Of a DNA stretch of 24,733 nt, positions 18,206 to 24,733 are shown piece after piece; the stretch's first letter is position 1; each line of letters begins with the position of its first letter. The stretch is from NCBI GenBank assembly GCA_041686025.1, contig JAWLEP010000030.1:1-24733 (forward strand). The letters are read 5' to 3'. The notes beneath the pieces were generated by a model. It did no database searches. It was not told the DNA's origin and worked only from the letters and a program-made list of their open reading frames with translations. Source of the DNA: Candidatus Fermentibacteraceae bacterium. Its GTDB lineage: Bacteria; Fermentibacterota; Fermentibacteria; Fermentibacterales; JCC-6. Made by a program: the position numbers and the translations under genes.

Positions 18206-20041
18206 TTACTCTGCGGGCACGGCCTCCAGGGAGTCGCGGGCGGCCCGGACGGAGTCCACCCTGGCCACGTAGTCCTCCCGCAGGTCAACCACCTCCGCCG
18301 ACCGTCGGAGCCAGTCCAGAAGGCTGCGCCTGTAGATCCGTGAATGCCTGTGCTGAAGGCTGAGGTACCTGATGGGCCGGGCCTCCTCCGGCAGGCTCTG
18401 GACCTCCCGCGAGGATATCTCGGCCACCACCGCCGCGCCTCCGGTGGCGTAGGGCCCCATGGGCTCCAGCTCCGGCATCAGTATGGCGTCGAGGCCGAAC
18501 GTCCGGTTGGCCAGCAGTCCGGAGACCGCTTCGGGATCGTTCTCGGCGGCGGACATCACCTGCATGGGCATGAAGGAACCGGTGGTCCGCACCTCCAGGG
18601 ACTCCTGCTCGGCGTAGTCGGCCAGGCCCACGGCCCGGGTCCGAATCTCCTCCAGGGCGGCTGCCGCCATCTCCTCCGAAGCCGACCGCTGGGCGGTAGA
18701 GTAGGCCTCCAGCTCCAGACGCCCGGAGTCCATGGCCTCCTGGTAGGAGAGGGTGTCGGAGGGGGACCAGGAGAGCTTCCTGGCCACCGTCATGGCCGGA
18801 TAGGCGCCCCGGTAGCTGGGGGTGTAGAAGATGGGGCTGACCTCGCCCACCCAGCTGCTGTCCAGGGCGTATGCCTTCAGGCCCTCGGTGAGGATCCCCG
18901 AGGGAGGGGACCCCGGAGTGACCGTGGTCTCTCCGAAGTCTATCACCATCAGGCTGTCCGAGAGCGGCATCTCCATCCCGATCAGCTCTTCGGACTGCTC
19001 CTCCAGCGCCCACATGGTCTCGCGTATGGTGGGTTGGCTGGGGCTTACCGGAACCTGCCAGTGGGCCACGGTAAGGCTGTCCTGCGCGGCCAGGAGCGAT
19101 TCCGGGGCCTCCTTTACATCCAGGACCGACCAGGAGTGCATGGCCGAGCCCATGCCGCCCTGCATCTCCACGGGGCTGGTAATGTCGCCCTCGGAGAGTT
19201 CGGCCGCCTGCTCGGTGTACTCGCTCAGACGTTCCCGGGTCACGGTGGTGGTGTCGGCTTCCGGGGCTCCGGAAAGGGCCATGGAGTCCACGTCCGCGGC
19301 CGCCATGTCGCGGTCCTCGGCGGAGGGGGTGACCATTACCGTGATGTAGCGCAGCACCGATTTCTCGGGGTCTACGAATAGGTCGGTGCTGGAGTCGTAG
19401 AAGTCCCGGAGCGTATCGGGGTCCGGAGGCTCGGGCCTGGCCCGGAAAGCGATGTACCGGGCCTCCACGGAGCTCAGCATGGCCCGGTTGAAGAAGTCCA
19501 GCTCCCGGGCCGAGGCCACGCTCTCCAGCCTTGTCTGGGCGGGGAAGCGCATCATGGACATCTGGGTCATCATCATGTAGAGCTGGCGGTTGTAGCTGGG
19601 GTCCTGCCGGTAGGAGTCCAGAAGCGTCTCGGGGTCCTCCTGGCCGGACAGGCGGAGCTGCTCCACCAGGAACGTCTCGGCCAGCTCACGGTCGACACTG
19701 GGCCAGCCCAGCTCCTCCAGGTAGTCGCGCATGAGCACTCCGGCAACCAGCGAGTCGAAGGCCTCCTCCTCCAGCTCGGCCTCGAGGAAAGCCAGCTCGT
19801 TGTCGGGAGCCGGATTGCCCATCATCTCCTGCTGGTTTTTCATCTGCTGGTAGAGGCTGGCCCTCATCTCCAGCAGCTGCTCCGGCACCAGCCGGGTCCC
19901 GTCCACCTTCGCTATGGCCCCGCGGTCGGCCCGGTCATCGCCGAAGTTGCCCGTTCCCCAGCCCACGAATATCAGGCCGACGAACATGACAATGATGACG
20001 ATGAGGAATATCTTTGCCTTGTCTCTGAACCAACTGAGCAT
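18206..20041 (-). CDS. PpiD/SurA N-terminal-domain family membrane-anchored periplasmic chaperone
   Basis: MLSWFRDKAK followed by a TM helix (IFLIVIIVMFVGLIFVGWG), AIAKVDG, LRDFYDSSTDLF..PEK.VLRYI, and C-terminal WLRRSAEVVDLR, matching PpiD-like architecture. Start ATG 20041. Confidence 0.78.
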   Translation of the reverse strand: MLSWFRDKAKIFLIVIIVMFVGLIFVGWGTGNFGDDRADRGAIAKVDGTRLVPEQLLEMRASLYQQMKNQQEMMGNPAPDNELAFLEAELEEEAFDSLVAGVLMRDYLEELGWPSVDRELAETFLVEQLRLSGQEDPETLLDSYRQDPSYNRQLYMMMTQMSMMRFPAQTRLESVASARELDFFNRAMLSSVEARYIAFRARPEPPDPDTLRDFYDSSTDLFVDPEKSVLRYITVMVTPSAEDRDMAAADVDSMALSGAPEADTTTVTRERLSEYTEQAAELSEGDITSPVEMQGGMGSAMHSWSVLDVKEAPESLLAAQDSLTVAHWQVPVSPSQPTIRETMWALEEQSEELIGMEMPLSDSLMVIDFGETTVTPGSPPSGILTEGLKAYALDSSWVGEVSPIFYTPSYRGAYPAMTVARKLSWSPSDTLSYQEAMDSGRLELEAYSTAQRSASEEMAAAALEEIRTRAVGLADYAEQESLEVRTTGSFMPMQVMSAAENDPEAVSGLLANRTFGLDAILMPELEPMGPYATGGAAVVAEISSREVQSLPEEARPIRYLSLQHRHSRIYRRSLLDWLRRSAEVVDLREDYVARVDSVRAARDSLEAVPAE

Positions 20042-20077
20042 CTCACTCCCCCAGAAGTTATGTCGCAATGACGGGGA

Positions 20078-20106
20078 ACAATAGCCAACAGCGGCCGGCA
20101 TTGCAA
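20078..20106 (-). promoter_or_regulatory. Putative sigma70-type promoter for the PpiD-like gene
   Basis: Minus strand TTGCAA (20106-20101), 17-nt spacer, TATTGT (20083-20078). Confidence 0.55.
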
Positions 20107-20159
20107 GGTCGGGATGGACCCGCCGGCCCCGACGCAGGCATCGCGGGAGGAAGCGTCAG

Positions 20160-21140
20160 TTGAGAAGGTTCGAGGATATGGAGCGGGAGGTGCGCAAGGC
20201 GGCGCCCGGGGCTGTTCTGATGCTGGCCGGGGAGGAGCTCTACCAGCGGAACAGGCTTCTGGGAAGCGCTGTGGAGGCCTATACGGGCAGGGGATTCGAG
20301 CCGGTGAGGCTGGACTGCGCCGACATGGAGGCCGGCGACCTGGGCCGGGCCTTCACCGAGGAGTCCCTCTTCTCGGGGTCGCGGCTCATCCTGGTGCTGT
20401 CGCCCATGGCGCTGCGCAGGTCGGGCAAGTCGGAGCTGCTGGAGCACCTGGGCTCTCTGGGCGGGAACGCCGCGGTGGTGGTCACCGACCGCACCAGGAT
20501 AAAGTCGGGGACTCTGGGGAAGATAGCCCGGCTGGGCAGCTCCTACGTCTGCTACGACCCCTGGGAGCGCGACTTTCCCGGCTGGGTCGGCCGGCTGGCG
20601 GGGGAGAGCGGCGTCAGCCTGGGGGGAGCGGCGGCCGCCACCCTGGCCGCCCACGCGGGAGGCTCGCTGAGCAGGCTGGCCTCGGCGCTGCAGGCTCTGT
20701 CACTGTACTACCTGGACGATGGCCGCCGCCTGGATGCCGACGACGTGCGGAGGGTTCTGGCCGGCTCGGCCGACTGCGACATCTTCGACCTGGGCGACCG
20801 GGTGATGGCCGACCGCAGGTCCGGCGCCCTGGACGCGCTGCGCTCGCTGCTGCGGGCGGGAGAGGAGCCGGTGGCCATGCTTTCCTACCTGTACAGCCAC
20901 TGGTGCCGGGTGGTCCGCGCCCGTGCCCTACTGGCCAGCCGAGGGAACAATTGCAATATTGGTCGGGAGCTGGGAGTTGCGCCTTTTCTGGCGCGCAAGC
21001 TGAAGTCGCATGCCGCCGGCTATGCGGGTACTCCGGTATCCGTTGCTGCCGAGGCATTTGCGTCGGCAGACGAATCTCTCAAGACGGGAGGTGATCCCTA
21101 CACGGTTCTGGCTGGACTTGTGCTTGTCTTGACAAGCTGA
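20160..21140 (+). CDS. holA: DNA polymerase III delta subunit
   Basis: LMLAGEELY, SLFSGSRLILV, helical lid, IFDLGD, GEEPVAML, LGVAPF, ADESLKTG; 326 aa; RBS GGGAGG 20145-20150 before TTG. Confidence 0.85.
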   Translation: MRRFEDMEREVRKAAPGAVLMLAGEELYQRNRLLGSAVEAYTGRGFEPVRLDCADMEAGDLGRAFTEESLFSGSRLILVLSPMALRRSGKSELLEHLGSLGGNAAVVVTDRTRIKSGTLGKIARLGSSYVCYDPWERDFPGWVGRLAGESGVSLGGAAAATLAAHAGGSLSRLASALQALSLYYLDDGRRLDADDVRRVLAGSADCDIFDLGDRVMADRRSGALDALRSLLRAGEEPVAMLSYLYSHWCRVVRARALLASRGNNCNIGRELGVAPFLARKLKSHAAGYAGTPVSVAAEAFASADESLKTGGDPYTVLAGLVLVLTS

Positions 21141-21214
21141 GCATTTTAGAGAAACGTAGTGCTGAATTTAGGGAAACCACACCGTCCGGGGAGGACGTCC
21201 AGAGAGGAGGGGAG

Positions 21215-21898
21215 ATGGCCGAAGTCCTTGAAGACAAGATACAGGGTCTGCTGGCCAAGCGAAGCGAGCTCGCCGATCGTCTCGACAACCTCGAGAAGCT
21301 CCGCGCCGAGACCAACGAGAGGGTCTACAGGAAGATCCGCAAGGATTACGACACCCAGCTCCAGGAGGTCCTTAACGGGATCAACGAGGAGCGGGGGACC
21401 CTCGAGTCGAAGGTGGAGGATCTCAAGGGCAAGATCGATGAGAAGGAGGGCCTGCACACGCAGCAGTCGGACAAGGTGGACGAGCTGCAGATGCGCGCCC
21501 GCCTGAAGGAGTTCGACGAGAACGACACGGAGTTCACCGAGGAGCTGAACTCCGCCAAGAAGGCCAGGAACACGACCGCGGACGAGCTGGAGACGCTCAG
21601 GGCCGAGCTGGCCGACCTGAACAAGGTCCTCAAGGACGTGGACGCGGCCACAACGGGCGAAGCGGCAGCGCCGTCGGAGGACCTCGGTGAGGAAGAGCCC
21701 GAGGAGATCGGAGAGCTGGACCTGGAGGAGGACCTGGAGCTGGAGGACGAGGACGGCGTCAAGTGCCCCAGCTGCGGCCATGTGAACCCTCCCCAGAAGC
21801 TGGCCTGCGAGGAGTGCGGAACTTCCCTGGAGGACGAGGACCTGGTCATCGACGACGATTTCGATCTCGTGGATGACGACGTCGACCTGGACCTGTAG
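21215..21898 (+). CDS. Hypothetical protein: long coiled coil, acidic linker, C4 zinc ribbon, acidic tail
   Basis: Strong RBS (GAGGAGGGGAG); heptad-rich residues ~1-140; CPSCGHVNPPQKLACEECG; tail DEDLVIDDDFDLVDDDVDLDL. Confidence 0.85.
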   Translation: MAEVLEDKIQGLLAKRSELADRLDNLEKLRAETNERVYRKIRKDYDTQLQEVLNGINEERGTLESKVEDLKGKIDEKEGLHTQQSDKVDELQMRARLKEFDENDTEFTEELNSAKKARNTTADELETLRAELADLNKVLKDVDAATTGEAAAPSEDLGEEEPEEIGELDLEEDLELEDEDGVKCPSCGHVNPPQKLACEECGTSLEDEDLVIDDDFDLVDDDVDLDL

Positions 21899-21912
21899 CG
21901 GAAAGTCTTGCT

Positions 21913-21959
21913 GGAGAAGCCGGGCGGGGTCCCGAAAGGGGCTCGGGCCCGGTTTTTCC
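21913..21959 (+). terminator. Intrinsic terminator (possibly bidirectional with asd)
   Basis: Outer stem CCGGGC/GCCCGG around an inner GGGTCCC-GAAA-GGGGCTC hairpin, followed by TTTTT. Confidence 0.75.
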
Positions 21960-21969
21960 GCAGAAGGGC

Positions 21970-22917
21970 TCAGTCCAGCAGCAGCTGCAGTATCTGGACG
22001 GCGTTGAGGGCCGCGCCCTTGCGGAGGTTGTCGGCGGTCACCCAGAACTGCAGCATCCGGGGCTGGCCGGGATGGTTGCGGACCCTGCCCACTCCCACCA
22101 TGTCTCCGCCTGCCACCTTCACCGGCGGGAAGCCCCTCTCCGAGACTGCGACCCCCGGCGCCCCCCGGAGGATCTCCACCGCAGCTGCGGCGTCCAGGGG
22201 CCTTTCGAGCATTACGGAGACGGACTCGGTGTGTCCCACCTCCACGCCCACCCTGGCGCAGGCGGGGTACACGGGGAACGAGCCGTCCATGATCTTCGCC
22301 GTCTCCCGCATCAGCTTCAGCTCCTCGCCGCAGTACCCTTCGGCCCCCGGCTCGCCGATCTCGGTGAGGACGTTCCCGTGGTAGAGCGGACCGTGGGCAG
22401 GCCCGCCTGCAGCCTGGCTGCGGAGCCTGTCCAGCTCACGCCGGCCGGCACCGGAGACCGCCTGGTAGGTGGAGACGGAGACCCATTCGAAGGCAACCTC
22501 CCGGGCGATGGGGGCCAGGGCGGCAACCAGCTGTATTGTGGAGCAGTTCGGGTTGGATATAATTCCCCTGTGGCTGTCGAGAGCTTCCGGGTTTACCTCC
22601 GGAACGACAAGGGGGACGTCATCGCACATTCTGAAGGCGGAGGAGTTGTCTATCACCACCGCCCCGGCGGAGGCGCAGGCCTCCACCCACTGCCGGGCCA
22701 CCGGCGAGGAGGTGGCGCCCAGCAGGTAGTCGCCGCTGCCCACCGCGGCGGGGTCCAGCACCTGCACCGGGACGCTGCCCTCCCCGAAGGGGGCCTCCCT
22801 TCCCGGCGAGGAGGCGAAGGCCATCACGCCGCCGGCATCGGCAATTTCCCTCTCGGCGACGATGGAGAGCATCTCCCTGCCCACCAGGCCGGTGGCTCCC
22901 ACCACTCCCACTCTCAC
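21970..22917 (-). CDS. asd: Aspartate-semialdehyde dehydrogenase
   Basis: VVGATGLVG, VIDNSSAFRM, VPLVVPEVN, SNPNCST (catalytic Cys), STYQAVSGAG, GHTESV, DNLRKGAALNAVQI; GGAGG upstream of the GTG. Confidence 0.95.
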   Translation of the reverse strand: MRVGVVGATGLVGREMLSIVAEREIADAGGVMAFASSPGREAPFGEGSVPVQVLDPAAVGSGDYLLGATSSPVARQWVEACASAGAVVIDNSSAFRMCDDVPLVVPEVNPEALDSHRGIISNPNCSTIQLVAALAPIAREVAFEWVSVSTYQAVSGAGRRELDRLRSQAAGGPAHGPLYHGNVLTEIGEPGAEGYCGEELKLMRETAKIMDGSFPVYPACARVGVEVGHTESVSVMLERPLDAAAAVEILRGAPGVAVSERGFPPVKVAGGDMVGVGRVRNHPGQPRMLQFWVTADNLRKGAALNAVQILQLLLD

Positions 22918-22941
22918 ACGTCTACCTCCGCTTCGGCTGCT

Positions 22942-24333
22942 GTGGCCCTGCTGGCCATCTGGGCCCTTACGGCTGCATGCTCGGGGACAAAGCTAACAGC
23001 GGAGAGCAAGAGGTCAACCGTACGGCAGTCGCCGGCCGCCGCCGGGAGGGTGGCGGTGATGCCCGTGAGGAGCGGAATAGGGCCCGTGCCGGGGCTGGGA
23101 GAGCACCATCCGGTCCCCGAGCACCTCTCAGAGCTCTCCGACCTCTCCTACAGCCCCGAGGACATGCCCGTCGACCCCCGCCTGCTACAGACCCTGGAGG
23201 ACATGCTTGCCAGCGAGGGGCTGCCCCCCTGGCTGGCGGCGCTGCCGTGGATAGAGAGCGAGTACTCCATCGGCTGCTTCTCCAGGGTCGGGGCCGCGGG
23301 TCCCTGGCAGTTCATGAGGGAGACCGCCAGGCACTTCGGCATGGAGGTCAACGGGGAGGTGGACGAGCGCTACTCCTGGGCCGGCTCCAGCAGGGGGGCG
23401 GCCACCTACCTGCGCTACCTCTACCGGAGGTTCGGGAGCTGGACCTGGGCCCTGGCTGCCTACAACTGCGGGGAGGGGGTGATGGCCCGGGCGCTGCGCA
23501 GCGGGGAGACGGACTTCACCCGTCTGGACCTCCCCGGGGAGACGGACATGTTCGTGCCCCGGTTCGCTGCAGCGGCCAGGGCCTACCGCAGGCGCCCCCG
23601 CGCAGAGGGGGGGCTGGCGGCGGTGGCCGTTCCGCCCGGTCTGGACCTGAGGGTCCTGGCCGCGGAGATCGGCCTGGGCATAGATTCCCTGATGAGCCTG
23701 AACCGCGGCTACTTCCGGCAGATGACTCCCTCCGGAGGGGACATGTGGGAGCTGCTGGTGCCCCGGGACAGGGCCGCGGCCGCCTTCCGGGAGGCCTGGA
23801 GGCAGGAACCGGGAGTCTACACGGTCCGCAGGGGGGACAGCTGGGGGGCGGTGGCGGCCGCCACCGGCGTCACCAGCGAGGAGCTTCAGTCGGAGAACCC
23901 GGGCGTATCCATGGTGCCGGGGGCCAGGCTGGCTCTGCCTCCGCCGGAGCGTTACGGCGGCTCGCAGCTGGGATACGCGGTTTACATCGTAAGGACCGGC
24001 GACACATTGTCGGGGATAGGGGCCCGGGCAGGTGTCAGCTCCCGAGAGGTTGCCGAGTGGAACGGCATGGACCCCGACGAGACCATCTACCCGGGTCAGC
24101 GGCTGGTTCTCAGGGGTTCGGGCGGCGGCAGTGAGGACGCCGAGGTTGCCGAGCCGGCGGAACCGGAGATAATAAGGGGGGAGGAAGCCGTGCGCCACAC
24201 GGTGAGGGAGGGCGACACGCTCTGGGACATCGCCTCGGCCTACGGCGTGACGGTGGAGCAGATAAGGCGGCTCAACTCCCTGGATGGCGATCATCTCGGC
24301 ATTGGCGATGAACTCGTTGTAATACCTGAATAG
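22942..24333 (+). CDS. MltD-like lytic transglycosylase with three LysM domains; probable lipoprotein
   Basis: SLT motifs IESEY, AAGPWQFMRETARHFGM, DERY, ALAAYNCGEG; LysM repeats YTVRRGDS, YIVRTGDTLSGI, HTVREGDTLWDIA. Hydrophobic stretch and lipobox (ALLAIWALTAAC) after GTG 22942. Start uncertain (alternative ATG 23059 with GGGAGG). Confidence 0.88.
   Translation: MALLAIWALTAACSGTKLTAESKRSTVRQSPAAAGRVAVMPVRSGIGPVPGLGEHHPVPEHLSELSDLSYSPEDMPVDPRLLQTLEDMLASEGLPPWLAALPWIESEYSIGCFSRVGAAGPWQFMRETARHFGMEVNGEVDERYSWAGSSRGAATYLRYLYRRFGSWTWALAAYNCGEGVMARALRSGETDFTRLDLPGETDMFVPRFAAAARAYRRRPRAEGGLAAVAVPPGLDLRVLAAEIGLGIDSLMSLNRGYFRQMTPSGGDMWELLVPRDRAAAAFREAWRQEPGVYTVRRGDSWGAVAAATGVTSEELQSENPGVSMVPGARLALPPPERYGGSQLGYAVYIVRTGDTLSGIGARAGVSSREVAEWNGMDPDETIYPGQRLVLRGSGGGSEDAEVAEPAEPEIIRGEEAVRHTVREGDTLWDIASAYGVTVEQIRRLNSLDGDHLGIGDELVVIPE
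22990..23017 (-). promoter_or_regulatory. Putative asd promoter lying inside the 5' region of the transglycosylase ORF
   Basis: Minus strand TTGACC (23017-23012), 16-nt spacer ending in TG-T, TAGCTT (22995-22990), i.e. an extended -10. Confidence 0.5.
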
Positions 24334-24342
24334 GATCTGCAG

Positions 24343-24733
24343 ATGGCAATTTTCGACTCCAAGCCCAGAAGGACTTTCAAGAGCATCCAGAAGATGGCTT
24401 CGGACAACATGGTGGACCAGGCCGCCTCCAAGGTGGAGGAGGAGCTGGATACGCTCATGGAGGAGCAGGATGTCGCCAGGGAGCTGGTGGCCTTCCTGAT
24501 GGACATAGCCTACCCCGACCTGGCGGCCAGGGTGGGCGAGGAGGCGATCCGGCACTACCGGGACCTCTCCGCGTCGATACTGCGGCTTCTGGAGGAGAGA
24601 CACAACGAGTTCCCCAGGTCATTCGACCTGCTGAAGACGCTATGGCAGAGCAAGATAAGAAACAGAGACTTCAGCGGCTGCATGGCCCTCCTCGACCGGG
24701 TGGACAGGCAGACCGAGAACCGGATGATGGAGA
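24343..24733 (+). CDS. Hypothetical, predicted helical protein (3' end runs off window)
   Basis: Hand translation from ATG 24343: MAIFDSKPRRTFKSIQKMASDNMVDQAASKVEEELDTLMEEQDVARELVAFLMDIAYPDLAARVGEEAIRHY..., open to the window end with codon usage like neighbouring genes; starts 9 nt after the transglycosylase stop. Confidence 0.75.
   Translation, partial: MAIFDSKPRRTFKSIQKMASDNMVDQAASKVEEELDTLMEEQDVARELVAFLMDIAYPDLAARVGEEAIRHYRDLSASILRLLEERHNEFPRSFDLLKTLWQSKIRNRDFSGCMALLDRVDRQTENRMME

Noticed and set aside
21110..21125. GG-N10-GC sigma54-like motif at the end of holA
   Set aside because: Poor match to TGGCAC...TTGC and frequent by chance in GC-rich DNA.
21138..21165. CIRCE-like dyad TGAGCATTT-N10-TAGTGCTGA upstream of the zinc-ribbon gene
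   Set aside because: Spacer is 10 rather than 9 nt and there are five mismatches to TTAGCACTC/GAGTGCTAA.
22072..22941. 290-aa N-terminal extension of the transglycosylase ORF
   Set aside because: It is the antisense shadow of asd and would bury the signal peptide.

Overview
GC-rich bacterial chromosomal window (by eye, high-60s % GC) made mostly of housekeeping genes. DnaK carries the diderm-type N-terminal insert and several genes have lipoboxes, so the host is probably a diderm; I cannot assign a lineage from the sequence alone. Layout: (1) a truncated minus-strand lipoprotein with two tandem beta-rich repeats, missed by the ORF track; (2) a fully overlapping operon GGDEF protein - YtcJ-like amidohydrolase - nadC - coaX - stand-alone coaC - mtnA; (3) dnaK - dnaJ - mutS2 - dnaG - divergent RpoD-like sigma factor - BtuF/D/C-like ABC importer; (4) a convergent PpiD/SurA-like chaperone, divergent holA, and an uncharacterised coiled-coil/zinc-ribbon/acidic protein; (5) asd head-to-head with a LysM lytic transglycosylase, then a partial helical ORF. 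I saw no tRNA, rRNA, CRISPR array or mobile element, and no clear-cut new multi-gene system. The best leads are the atypical sigma factor in the dnaG-rpoD slot, a possible excludon-like promoter overlap between asd and the transglycosylase, a cyclase-led cofactor operon with split CoaC, a multi-conformation palindromic element between dnaK and dnaJ, and two proteins of unknown function.
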